From contig NIVC01002440.1 in NCBI GenBank assembly GCA_002269645.1, positions 62,001 to 126,000 on the forward strand: DNA of 64,000 nucleotides, given 5' to 3'. Under the pieces are notes generated by a model. That model did no database searches and was not told the DNA's origin. It saw only the letters and a program-made list of their open reading frames with translations. Of this stretch, positions 1 through 11,859 are shown piece by piece. The position numbers were made by a program, and so were the translations under genes. How positions within the stretch are numbered: position 1 is the stretch's first letter; the number at the start of each line of letters is the position of its first letter. Origin of the DNA: Macrostomum lignano. Its lineage: Eukaryota.

Positions 1-349
1 AGTTGGCTGGGGGATTGACAGGCGACTCACACCCATTAGGGCCAACCCCCTCTCATAGGTGACGTAACCAACATTCATTTGAGGCCTGTGCATGAAAGTT
101 GGCTGGGGGATTGACAGGCGACTCACACCCATTAGGGCCAACCCCCTCTCATAGGTGACGTAACCAACATTCATTTGAGGCCTGTGCATGAAAGTTGGCT
201 GGGGGATTGACAGGCGACTCACACCCATTAGGGCCAACCCCCTCTTATAGGTGACGTGACCAACATTCATTTGATGCCTGTGCATGAAAGTTGGCTGGGG
301 GATTGACAGGCGAATCACACCCATTAGGGCCAACCCCCTCTCATAGGTG
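1..349. repeat. Tandem repeat, 96-bp unit, ~3.6 copies (truncated by window start)
   Basis: AGTTGGCTGGGGGATTGACAGG recurs at 1, 97, 193 and 289. Confidence 0.95.
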
Positions 350-580
350 ATCAGCAATCAGCGGAATGGACAAAATTGCCGCATCGTTGTGGGACATGGG
401 CTGTTGTCGAAGGCGTGTTGCGGCAGGGAGCCCACAGCACTCCTGTGAACATTACTATCATCAATGCCTTATAAAAGAGAAGAGTTCATGGTGTTACGCG
501 AGTACAGTAAACTTCAGCTTCAGCTGAGGAAATTGGTATGAAAAAATCGGACACAATCTGGATTAGGTCAAAACGCACGG

Positions 581-796
581 TCAAGGACAGCGCAAGAGTT
601 CCGTCATGTGCTCACCGTAGCAGTCTTTGTTAAGCGGCAGCCTGGCGAAGCCCCGCCCGGGACAGGGGACGCAGCCATCGCTGCTCACCATCTGGAACTC
701 GGTGCATCCGTGCGTCCTCCGCAGCGACGCGGCGTCCTCTTGGGCAGCAACAGTCGCGACTGCGACCAGCAATGCCAAGCTTGCAGAGAAAATCAT
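581..796 (-). CDS. Signal-peptide-bearing Cys-rich secreted protein; probably first coding exon (candidate donor G|GTGAGC at 616/615), otherwise a 71-aa single-exon ORF
   Basis: ATG at 796. Hydrophobic MIFSASLALLVAVATVAA is followed by QEDAASLRR and a CxxC motif (GCVPCPG). Codon usage resembles neighbouring genes. Confidence 0.55.
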   Translation of the reverse strand: MIFSASLALLVAVATVAAQEDAASLRRTHGCTEFQMVSSDGCVPCPGRGFARLPLNKDCYGEHMTELLRCP

Positions 797-2336
797 TGCG
801 TTCAGATTTCAGTGCAGGATTGAGCCCACATGCATTTCAGTTCGGGGTCGCACATTTGAAGCATTTATTTACCCGCGTCATAAACTTTCATCTGATAATT
901 GGCTGCACGTTGCATGCAAACAACATGCAGCTACGTAGACTTTGGAATTTGAACTGAAGCGTCTTCTACCCTTAGTTTTAATTATTTATCTTATTCCGTT
1001 GCTAATTCTCTACTATCTAGACTTCGGTCATCTCCTAGCTGTTAGCCTACCAGGGATGTCTTCTTCGCATTTTGCACCGCGCTGACCCCAGCAATCGTAA
1101 ACAAACCGGCCAGAAAAGAGACGCCGAAGCCAAGGCATCTGGGGGCAAAAGTTTTCTGTCAGCCATCGTGTCGTTCGTGGGTTTGTCGGTCTATTTGATG
1201 GCGATGTGAACAAGCCTTAAAGTGCATCGCCTGAAGCGAATCGGATGAAAGGGGCAAAGGGAGCTGTTGTTGTTAAACGGAAGTGCCATCGAGTGCAAAA
1301 TGCCCGTCAGACAGGGTCGACCGTGAGATCAATTTCGCCACCGGTGAACACTTGATCCCACTGCCGTAAACACGCGAGAGCCTGTCACTCATCTTCATTG
1401 TCTAGAATCGCGGTATCTGGTGGGTCACACTGTCAGGGTACCAATAACTTCTGGGGCTCATGCCTTCCAGGTGGTCCATTTACCAGCTCCCTTCGCGGGT
1501 AGGTTCACCTAGCGCAATGACAGCTCAAAGCAGCACAGAGCGCGGCACTCTTCCTGAAATACGAGCAGCTCAGCCGCCAAGTTCGTCAGCCAGGCTGCCC
1601 CGGTCACACAAAAGTACCCTCCGGGCAGAGTGCACCCAAACAGGCAATCGCGCAGTCTTTACGTCTCAATTGGCTGAGTTGCGGGGAAAATCTCCCATTT
1701 ACTGGGGCAATTTACCGGACCACTGCAGACTAGCCATTGCGAATTTTTGGGCTCATAGTTTGTGGTCGAATAGCTAGAAAAATCTAGCGTACTACTACTA
1801 TTCAAATCGCATTCAGTAGTATACACAGAAAGCATTAATAAATGAAAATATTTGAGAGATTGGTGAAATGGCGAGCACTTATTATAATTTCTTCTTCACC
1901 GCAAACTCAGGCTTTCATCTGAATTGCAGTCGCCAGAACAAAACCAAAATGTGAGCTGCATTCATCCACTCTCCCGTCCGTTGGCAGTCAGTCAGCCAGT
2001 CAGTCAGTCAGTCAGTCAGCCGCTCGGCCACAGGCTGGTGCCGCCCGCCAATTCAAGCAGATTTCAATAAAAATTGCAGGTGATTTTGCCCCGGACAAAA
2101 AAGCCCCGGACAAAGGAGACGATGCAAAAGCGAAAAAGTTGGGCTGACTGACTGCAGGCGGATTCGGGGTACTTCGGCATAAAAAGCTCTTCAGCTTAAT
2201 CGAATGACTGATAGTAAAATGCAAGAGCGCTCTCTGACTGGCTCTGTGTCTCAAAAATTCCGGTGCAGTGCCATCTCAAATGTGGGCTATAATTAAAGTA
2301 AAAAATCGCAAGCTTCATCATCCTTTCTCATCAGTT

Positions 2337-3128
2337 GTCAGCAGGGATGCTGGCTGTGTCAGCAGGACTAGAGGAAACTGTCAGCAGGGATGCTGGCTGT
2401 GTCAGCAGGACTAGAGGAAACTGTCAGCAGGGATGCTGGCTGTGTCAGCAGGACTAGAGGAAACTGTCAGCAGGGATGCTGGCTGTGTCAGCCGTGTCAG
2501 CTGTGTCAGCAGGACTAGAGGAAACTGTCAGCAGGGATGCTGGCTGTGTCAGCAGGACTAGAGGAAACTGTCAGCAGGGATGCTGGCTGTGTCATCAGGA
2601 CTAGAGGAAACTGTCAGCAGGGATACTGGCTGTGTCAGCAGGACTAGAGGAAACTGTCAGCAGGGATACTGGCTGTGTCAGCAGGACTAGAGGAAACTGT
2701 CAGCAGGGATACTGGCTGTGTCAGCAGGACTAGAGGAAACTGTCAGCAGGGATACTGGCTGTGTCAGCAGGACTAGAGGAAACTGTCAGCAGGGATACTG
2801 GCTGTGTCAGTTGTGTCAGCAGGACTAGAGGAAACTGTCAGCAGGGATACTGGCTGTGTCAGCCGTGTCAGCTGTGTCAGCAGGACTAGAGGAAACTGTC
2901 AGCAGGGATGCTGGCTGTGTCAGCAGGACTAGAGGAAACTGTCAACAGGGATGCTGGCTGTGTCAGCAGGGATGCTGGCTGTGTCAGCAGGACTAGAGGA
3001 AACTGTCAGCAGGGATGCTGGCTGTGTCAGCAGGACTAGAGGAAACTGTCAGCAGGGATGCTGGCTGTGTCAGCAGGACTAGAGGAAACTGTCAGCAGGG
3101 ATGCTGGCTGTGTCAGCAGGACTTGAGG
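2337..3128. repeat. Minisatellite, 43-bp unit, ~18 copies
   Basis: Unit CAGCAGGGATGCTGGCTGTGT-CAGCAGGACTAGAGGAAACTGT, itself two related half-units. Confidence 0.95.
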
Positions 3129-4658
3129 GAACAATTTAGCGCTGCACTGTCTCGCAAAAGCAATTCGACAATTTGCAAATGTTTTGCGGACTTCAACCAA
3201 CTCGCCCATCAGACAGTCTGCCCCATTATAAAAAGCAGCTGGGCCCTAAAAATAGGCCGTCTGACAGCTCCACACGAGCTGTGCCAAAGCAAATTGGCAA
3301 GTCTGCTGCCACTAAAAGCAAGCTCTCCTAGAGGAAAGTCCAGGCCAATTATCGCACCTGCAATGCCTCGCGCCAGTCTCAGACAGAAATAGCGTCAGAC
3401 TCATCAGTCATAAAAAACTGTTGCTGCCTGCAGGAGGGACGCCGTAAAGAACGCAGCTTTTTAATCGCCGAGGGGCATCAGCGCCGAGTGCGACTCTAAT
3501 GGTGGTCTGTGGGGCGAGTCGCAGCCCGTGTGATTGACAGCCCCGCTAATGCCTTCCTGGGCCCTGCCGGGTCTTGAGAGCGGCAGCGATGATGCCGTGC
3601 AGCATCAGTCAGTTTCTGATGGTGTAAAAACAGCCCCGATGCCGGCTCTGTTTGCTGAGAGCAAACAGCCTCAGTGTCTCCCCCCGCAGCAGCATTGTTG
3701 CCATTCGGTGAGCACAGGCAGCCTCTTGCTGGCGCCCCGAACCACTTTGCTCAGGTGGGCAGCTCAGGCAGTCCCGTGTTTGCCAAGGCCTGGTCAGGTG
3801 CGGGTGACTGCTGCTGTTTCTTGGAAGTCTACCTAATCGCTTTGTGATCACTTGGTTGGCCTATTTTAAAACAATAAAAAATCCGAACGATGAAGGATTG
3901 AGGGAAGCTGAGACCCGCGTAAGCTGGGGGGGGGGTAATTGATGAGGCTCAATAATTCTGCAGCGGCGCGGGATGGCTGGCTTCAGCAGCAGGAAATCCA
4001 TCTTCGGTCATTTGATGACGGACTGGAGGCAGCAGCTCAGACGAAGCTCTGGGACATTTTTGGATCCGCCTACGGCTTCTTTGGGAATAAAGAATCTCAA
4101 AGAGCCTCTGAAATAGCCGAAGAATTCCACGGCACTGCAGCGGAGGCTCCCGTGTCAATCATAATTAGCTCCACTTCGGCTCACAAGGACTCACTGGACT
4201 CAGACCTGCCGTGCACCTGAAACACAGTTCTGTTTTCCTCTCACCTCTCAGCTTTCAATTCCGCGGCCTGGGGGCTCCAGCAATCTAAATTGGTAATTTG
4301 AGCACCTCAGCGGCAGATCTGAGCTGCCCTGCACGAATGCGGGCTGCAGAGTGATGCAGAAATTCTTGATCAGTAGCTTAAATTTGGAATCAGAGAGCCG
4401 ACTGTTCTGCAATTCATGCTCAAAATAAAAAAATAATCGTTAATTGACATTGGCGCGGACTGCTCAAGATAATCTGCACCGAGCTTCCCTGGCTAGCGAG
4501 TTTGCTCAATTGGTGTATTTCGGAATCGAATATAGTAGCTTCATCAGTAGTTAGTTTCACCCACTACCGCAAACTCTGCTCTGCTCCACTCTGAGTCACC
4601 GAAAGTGAGGACAGGTCTTCAAGTGTGAAATCTACGGCTGAAAGGTTCTGTGCTGAGT

Positions 4659-5129
4659 TCACTCGTGCAGGCGGTGAAGCTTGCGGAGAAACCTGCGCTT
4701 CATCATCAGCGGGTCGAACTTCTTCATCATCAGCGGGTCGAACTTCTTCATCATCAGTGGGTCGAACTTCTTCATCATCAGCGGGTCGAACCTCTTCATC
4801 ATCAGTGGGTCGAACTTCTTCATCATCAGCGGGTCGAACTTCTTCATCATCAGCGGGTCGAACTTCTTCATCATCAGCGGGTCGAACTTCTTCATCATCA
4901 GCGGGTCGAACCTCTTCATCATCAGCGGATCGAACTTCTTCATCATCAGCGGGTCGAACCTCTTCATCATCAGCGGATCGAACTTCTTCATCATCAGCGG
5001 GTCGAACTTCTTCATCATCAGCGGGTCGAACTTCTTCATCATCAGCGGGTCGAACTTCTTCATCATCAGCGGGTCGAACCTCTTCTCTTCATCCCGACTG
5101 TCATCTTCCATGTCTTCGGAGTCGGGCAT
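4659..5129 (-). CDS. Neuropeptide precursor exon 2: acidic spacer plus 16 x FDPLMM flanked by KK/KR dibasic sites
   Basis: Acceptor ctgatctctccag|ATG at 5130/5129, phase 0. Unit variants seen are synonymous (CCG/CCA, GAC/GAT) or KK/KR. Stop TGA at 4659. Confidence 0.85.
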   Translation of the reverse strand: MPDSEDMEDDSRDEEKRFDPLMMKKFDPLMMKKFDPLMMKKFDPLMMKKFDPLMMKRFDPLMMKKFDPLMMKRFDPLMMKKFDPLMMKKFDPLMMKKFDPLMMKKFDPLMMKRFDPLMMKKFDPLMMKKFDPLMMKKFDPLMMKRRFLRKLHRLHE

Positions 5130-5380
5130 CTGGAGAGATCAGTTTTAAGATCAATTGTAGTGAAACTAAATCTCAAAATCTGCACTTTGAAGTCACTTTC
5201 AGATCGCTAAACTCCCTAAAACGTTTCTTCCAGAGCCTTAATGGAATTCTCCTGTTGGAAATGCAAATTACTGTCATTTAACTGTCGGCATCCCCAAATT
5301 TACTCATTTCGCCGACTGCGTGACTGAAACAGAACTCAGACGCTTGCTGGCATTGCACAGAGGCCGGATGCCTTGCTCAC

Positions 5381-5530
5381 AGGCGAGTTTTCTTTGAGGT
5401 CAAGTTTATCCAGCTTCTCACCCAGCCCGTCACCCAGCCCGTCACGCACCTCGCAGTGGGTCACTCCAGCACAGAGCAGAAAGGCCATCAGGCAGGCCAG
5501 GCCAATCCGGCAGGTGGAATTGTGGCGCAT
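5381..5530 (-). CDS. Neuropeptide precursor exon 1 (signal peptide, 50 aa)
   Basis: MRHNSTCRIGLACLMAFLLCAGVTHC-EVRDG...ENSP. Donor CCT|GTGAGC at 5381/5380, phase 0, matches the exon 2 acceptor; intron 251 bp. Confidence 0.8.
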
Positions 5531-6131
5531 TTCAGCGTGGCTTCAGTAGATAGACAGTCTATTTTCGTCTTGGGTTCTGCAAGGAGGTTTTTGTCAGTTA
5601 GACAGGGACAGTTTCACGTGAATTCATGGCAGCAAAATTGTACGACTAATTGTTTCCAATCGCTAAGATGCGCCTCAAAAAAAGTTAGCCAAGAAAAAAC
5701 TTGAAGAGGCTTAGAAAACTGCGCGGACTCATTGAGAGGATACAGTAGCCCTGGCTGCGGCTAATTAATTATTAAGCCTCATTATAAGCATCCATAGCGC
5801 ACGCGAGACCGCAAGCGGACATGCCTGCAGTTCAAGTCAGAATTCAGCAAAAATTCTGCGCAAGCGGCTGCTTTGCAGATGAATTTTTCATTTGAGTCGG
5901 GCTCGAGACCGCGGCGGATACCCCGGGGCCATAAAGATCCGCGGCAGACAAGAGATTACTGAGGTATCGATTGCAGGGGATAAACGGAGACGATGTTGGC
6001 TGCAGGACAAGCTGATTGCGGATCGGGAGAGCTGCTCATCATGGCGGCAACAGAGGGCGCGGACACGGGCCCACAGCTATCTATAGATCGCATCGGAGAC
6101 CTTCGCTGTGTTGCTGGGCATTGAAGGCGAC

Positions 6132-6160
6132 TTAGGGTTAGGGTTAGGGTTAGGGTAGGG
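6132..6160 (+). repeat. Interstitial telomeric repeat (TTAGGG)4 TAGGG
   Basis: Direct reading: ttagggttagggttagggttagggtaggg. Confidence 0.85.
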
Positions 6161-8539
6161 CCCAGCCAGACTTTTCATTTGCATATCGACTGGCAAGGAG
6201 ACCTCTGTGCATATCGACTCCCTGGCCCTTATTAATTGTTCTCAATTAGTGTCTAAAGTCAGTTGCAGCTGCCTGCAGTCTGCTCACTCAGTATTGAGCG
6301 AGTGCAGCCGCTCTCTGATACTCTCTGGGTCTCTCTGGCCTGCTGAAGCAACTTTCTCACCTGACTTTATTCAAGGCTGGCGGAGTCGGGCTGCTGCAGT
6401 CGCTGGCGGAGGCTGAGGGCTGAGTGCGCTTCCTTCCTCTATCGGCGACTTTCCTGACGGCCGACTTTTACCGAGTAAAAATATAGGAGGCCGCTGCAGG
6501 AGGCTGAGGCGGGTGCGGCCACCCAGCCTCCTCTCCGCCAGTGATGGTGCTGCGGAGGCCGGGGTTGGCGGTGGGTGGAGACGAAGCGATGCAGCCACCC
6601 AAATTCAACCTGCCTGACTGCACTGATCAATTAGCAAGAGTAAGGAGATTGCGCCGTGCTGTCAATGACAAGCAAAGGTATGCTAGAGAGAAATTAATTT
6701 ATCAAAAGCACATAACGTGCAGAGCCTTTTTATTCTTGGAATTCAAATTAACTCATAATTGCTTTGTCATTGCACAACGATGGGCAAAACTCAAGAGGGA
6801 ACAAATGAGTCGGAGCTACATGTATTTATTATGACGAAACCAGTAATGCACTGTTCTAAGGATTGAGATGAGTTAAATGCTCCAGATTAGTTACTCGTAA
6901 ACGTATAATACTTCCTTCGGACGGATTACAAAAGTTCCATTACATTTTGAGGGAACATGGGACTCAGTCACTCAGTAGATGTTAATATGATGAATAAATG
7001 TCAAGGTGTCTGAGGCGTAACCTGTGCCGAGATGCGCCTGCGCTACTGAAGGTCAGTTCGAACTGGGAATCATGTGCACTTTGTGATTTGTTGGCTTTTT
7101 AATGAACGAAGCCTTAGATGCACACATTTAAAGTTAATGTACATCTGGCGATTTGATGGCCAGATCTGATAAACAGACACTCTGATAAACAGCTGATAAC
7201 GCGACCACTCAACGCTGACCACCAACTGTCTGCACGCTCACGAAATCGCTTGCACTTTAGCAGCGATTCACAAACACCCACCATCCTAGAACTTCCACGT
7301 CTGTCTGGACCTGGGTCACGTGATGCCGCCACCCCAACTCCACTCTTATGTTTTCTGCCCCTGGCTGTTTGTGTAGACATGCCCGGCTCTGTACATTAGC
7401 TATCTGTGTACATTCCCTGCCCCACCCCAATCCAGTCTGCACGTCACTGTTTTGGTCTGGTATGCGATAACGCCATCCCACTTCCAAGACGCTTTAAGTT
7501 GAATCTACAGGAGCTGATGAGATTTGCCACTTGGAACAGAGCCACGGGATGTACCCGGCTAGCTTTAATTTCGCACCATTTAGAACAAAAGTATCGATTT
7601 CTGACACTCAGACTGTATTGTTTAAGAGTGAAAATATAAAATAACGAAGTCATAATCTAAAATATTCCTTGAAGATCTTGACTGTCTTGACTGGCGGTGA
7701 CTTCAAACTGGCTTTTCAAATGTATGCCTGTACTGCTGCTCCTGAGTCCATTCTGCGGTGCGATCGCTTTTTGCAGCACCTGAAACAATCTCGCCTACAA
7801 AGCAAATTAGCTAACAAGATGAGATAGTCACTGCCAAAGGACAACTCTACAAACTGGGGTCTGTGCGCTCAATCGAATTATGATTGCTCCCTGTAGCTGG
7901 AAGCTCGACAACCATAATTTCGACGCCAAGAAAGGGGAAGAGGAAAAAAGCGACGCATCGAAGAAGATCCGCATAACTTCATTTGGGAATTGCGGGGGAC
8001 AAACGGGCGCGGCCGCTGCGGTGCGTCTCCGGCAGTCATGCGAGCAGCCAAGTGGGGGGGGGGTCTCGGCTCAGCGCAGACAAGTCCTGATCCCTAAACT
8101 AAGGGAAACTCCTATACGAGACCTGTTGGATAATAAAATGGGATAACGAACAGACTAACAGGGGAGAGATAATAATGGATAAAAATGTACAAGTAAAATG
8201 TAAATGCAAGAAGTGCGTGCCAGCTTCAGCCATTCCGACAGCTCGCAGCTTTTCGGAGTTTGTCATGTGCCTCACTATTGTAATCGCAATCACTGTCACA
8301 CTGACAGCCACATTCCTGCATTTTTACTGCCACCTGCTGAGAGGTGAGAGGTGGCTGTTACGCAACTCTGCTGAGCCGCGGCACCCAGCAAGCAGCGCCG
8401 CGCCATGGGGGGAGAGTTTAGCTGTTGCTGAGTATCACTAGGTGATGTAAATTAGATGCCAGATTTGGGATCAAGGTCGCGGGGATTTCCTTGCTCCTTG
8501 GAGACGGGATAAAGGAATTAAGTGCGAGGTGGCGCTTCG

Positions 8540-9120
8540 AAATCAATATGATAGGATATGGGACTGGGATGTGAGATGAGACATGGGAATGGGATGTGAG
8601 ATGGGAATAGGATGTGAGATGGGAATAAGGATGTGAGATGGGAATAGGATGTGAGATGGGAATAGGATGTGAGATAAGATATTGGATTGGAATGGGATAT
8701 GAGATGGGATAAGGGAATTGGATGAGATGGGATAAGGGAATTGGATGAGATGAGACATGGGAATAGAATGTGAGATAGGATATGGGAACGGGATGTGGGA
8801 TGAGACATGGGAATGGGATGCGAGATAGGAATAGGATATGTGAGATAAGATATTGGAATGGGATGTGAGATGGGAATAGGATGTGATATAAGATATTGGA
8901 GTAGGATGTGAGATAGGATATGGGAACGGGATGTGAGATGAGACATGGGAATGGGATGTGAGATGGGAATAGGATGTGAGATAAGATATTGGAATGGGAT
9001 GTGAGATGGAATGTGAGAATGGGATAAGATGAGACATGGGAATGGGATGTGAGACAGGATATGAGAATACGGTGAGATGGGATTTGGGGATGGGATGTGA
9101 GATGGGATATGACGTTGGGC
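8540..9120. repeat. Degenerate GA-rich minisatellite (GGGATGTGAGATGGGAATA-like)
   Basis: Recurrent GGATGTGAGAT cores with variable spacers. Confidence 0.85.
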
Positions 9121-9495
9121 TGATATGGGACCAGTCGCTAATGCTCAAAATAGATGCAGGGGAGACTCAAAGCGATGGCGGCAAGCGTCAAGGAAAATGA
9201 GCAGAGAAGGCAAATGCAAAAGCAACCATACCACATCAAAAGGCTCAGCATCAGTGAAGTTAGTTCGTGTTTTTACGATTAAACCACCCAGGGCGAAACC
9301 ACCCAGGACTGACACGTGTGCGATTCTTTCTACAGCTGCTTTGTCCTCATCTCTTTGAGGCCGCCAGGCAGTCAATTTGGACATTATCAAACAGAGAAAG
9401 TCTCATAACGAATGAAATCGAAGTTTTTGCAAGAATCGAATGGTCAAAAAACGCAATATGCTTCTCCAAGGAAGCATACGATGATGCCATGCAGG

Positions 9496-10317
9496 GCGGG
9501 TCCTGAGGGCGATTTTGTGTAAGGAGCGGGTCGTGAGGGCGATTTTGTGTAAGGAGCGGGTCCTGAGGTCGGTTTGGTGCAAGGAGCGGGTCGTGAGGGC
9601 GATTTTGTGTAAGGAGCGGGTCCTGAGGGCGATTTTGTGTAAGAGGCGGGTCGTGAGGGCGATTTTGTGTAAGGAGCGGGTCCTGAGGGCGATTTTGTGT
9701 AAGGAGCGGGTCCTGAGGGCGATTTTGTGTAAGAAGCGGGTCCTGAGGGCGATTTTGTGTAAGGAGCGGGTCCTGAGGGCGATTTTGTGTAACAGGCGGG
9801 TCCTGAGGCCGATTTTGTGTAAGGAGCGGGTCCTGAAGCCGATTTTGTGTAAGGAGCGGGCCCGGAGGCCGATTTTGTGTAAGGAGCGGGCCCTGAGGCC
9901 GATTTTGTGTAAGGAGCGGGTCCTGAGGCCGATTTTGTGTAAGGAGCGGGTCCCGAGGTCGGTTTGGTGTAAGGAGCGGGTCCTGAGGCCGATTTTGTGT
10001 AAGGAGCGGGTCCTGAGGCCGATTTTGTGTAAGGAGCGGGTCCCGAGGTCGGTTTGGTGTAAGGAGCGGGTCCTGAGGCGGATTTTGTGTAAGGAGCGGG
10101 TCCTGAGGCCGATTTTGTGTAAGGAGCGGGCCCGGAGGCCGATTTTGTGTAAGGAGCGGGTCCTGAGGCCGATTTTGTGTAAGGAGCGGGTCCTGAGGTT
10201 GGTTTGGTGTAAGGAGCGGGTCCTGAGGCCGATTTTGTGTAAGGAGCGGGTCCTGAGGCCGATTTTGTGTAAGGAGCGGGTCCTGAGGCCGATTTTGTGT
10301 AAGGAGCGGGTCCTGAG
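9496..10317. repeat. Minisatellite, 30-bp unit, ~27 copies
   Basis: Unit AAGGAGCGGGTCCTGAGG(G/C)CGATTTTGTGT. Confidence 0.95.
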
Positions 10318-10765
10318 AAACCAACCTTTCAACCGAAGTGAATTGAAAACCCGAGCTGAATCGAAAATGACCAAACACAGTGGAAGGCAGAGAAGACAAA
10401 ATGCATATTTTTCAACTGGTTGGCGGGCCCGAGGCAGCTTATATTAGTTTTTTTGCGTCTTTGAAAATGTATTTTGCCGCAGACCGCCAGCCGGCAGCCA
10501 ATCTCGCAGCTCAAATCCCTCGGAGTTCCGCTCGCTGGCCAGTAGGAACCCGAGCTTTCAGCATCGCACCGCTGAGCGCCTCAACAACAGCAATGCAATG
10601 CGAGATCGACAGTTCGAGGGTGACAGGCGGAGTGCCAGATGGAGAGTGACAGTCAGCATGGCGGGGGCGGCAGAGTTGACAACAGCAAGCCTACAGTAGT
10701 AATTATAGCATAGCAAGGTAGGGAGATCAGAGCTGGTTGACGCGGGCGGCTACTTAAAGACGAAG

Positions 10766-10771
10766 TTTATT
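10766..10771 (-). terminator. Candidate polyadenylation signal (AATAAA) of CNOT1
   Basis: TTTATT on the plus strand, ~540 nt downstream of the CNOT1 stop. Confidence 0.4.
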
Positions 10772-11310
10772 AAAGAAAAGAACCGTTCGAGCGCTGTATA
10801 ACAGTAATAATAATAGTAGTATAGTAAATAGCGAGAGTAATGGATATAGTAGTAATTAGTCTGCTTGTGCGAAAACAGCGCGCTGCCAGAGGGGCAAATT
10901 TATAGAGAGAGCAGCGGGGCCGGCGAATGCAGAGCGGGACGGCGCCCGCAGCGATGGATTTTGCGCGATAAAAATGAAGAGAGCAAAAATGAACAGGGGG
11001 AGACGCGGTTTATAACACAAGGCCTGACAGTGCTAAGGGGTGTCGCGCAGATTAAAACAATTGCCAATGCGGGGAATTTATAGAGGAATTTCAAAGTTCA
11101 ATTCGCAGCACAGGGCGGGCGCCTTAACAACGGAACGGAGGGCGCCAGAGACTGTCGAGAAGAAAACAAATTCGGAGGGGGGGCGCGCTGATATGCGGAT
11201 TGCAGCTGCTTCGCGGATTCTCAACAATGTGATAAAAATCGGCAGATTATAACAAGCAGGGGTGGTGCAACTTAGAGTCAGCTCGAGTGTCTTCTGCTCT
11301 TGGCCGCTGC

Positions 11311-11512
11311 TCACTGCGAGTTGATGGCGGACACCGGCGGCGGCCCGTTGGCCATCGAGGCCGCTCCGGCGGCCGAGGTCGGCACCCCGCCAGCAGCCGA
11401 GGAGGTGACAGCGGCTGCGGCCGCGGCGCTGGCAGAGGCAGTCAAGGGCAGCGGTGTCGGCGGAGGCAGCCGGAAGCCGGGCACGCAGGAGCGGGCCACG
11501 GACTCCAGGAGT
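11311..11512 (-). CDS. CNOT1: CNOT1 last coding exon
   Basis: Acceptor cctcgcag|A, phase 2. K-LLESVARSCVPG matches the NOT1 C-terminus (human KLFQSVAQCCMG), followed by an Ala/Pro tail and a stop. Confidence 0.85.
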
Positions 11513-11859
11513 CTGCGAGGCGAATGAAGGGGAGATTGTGGCGTCATCAACCGAATCCTCATGGTCAAAAAATTCACTTAATGGAGCCACAAATAAGGCA
11601 ATGGGGATTACGTAGGCGGGAAAGAAATCCCAAGTTCTCGATCCCTTCACAGCTCAATCTGACAGCCTGTCAGGCAACTTTGCGCTCCATCAAACGAGGC
11701 TCTTAAATGTTTGTGACAGAAGCGACACCTTAGGCCAACTGATTGGGGGATAATAATCCCTGACTTGAGTAACTGAGTTGCGCACTGGCCCCCTTTTAGG
11801 TCTCCGGGTGCAAACTTGAGCGGTAAAAGTATTAAAGAGATTTTAACCACACCCAAATT

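Noticed and set aside
6371-6834. GC-rich ORFs on both strands near 6.4-6.8 kb
   Set aside because: No convincing start, splice pairing or homology.
9347-10447. Long ORFs (QNRPQDPLLT)n, (CKERVLRPIL)n and (LRTRSLHKIG)n
   Set aside because: They arise from a stop-free 30-bp unit open in several frames, with no signal peptide or splice context, and the variants change amino acids freely.
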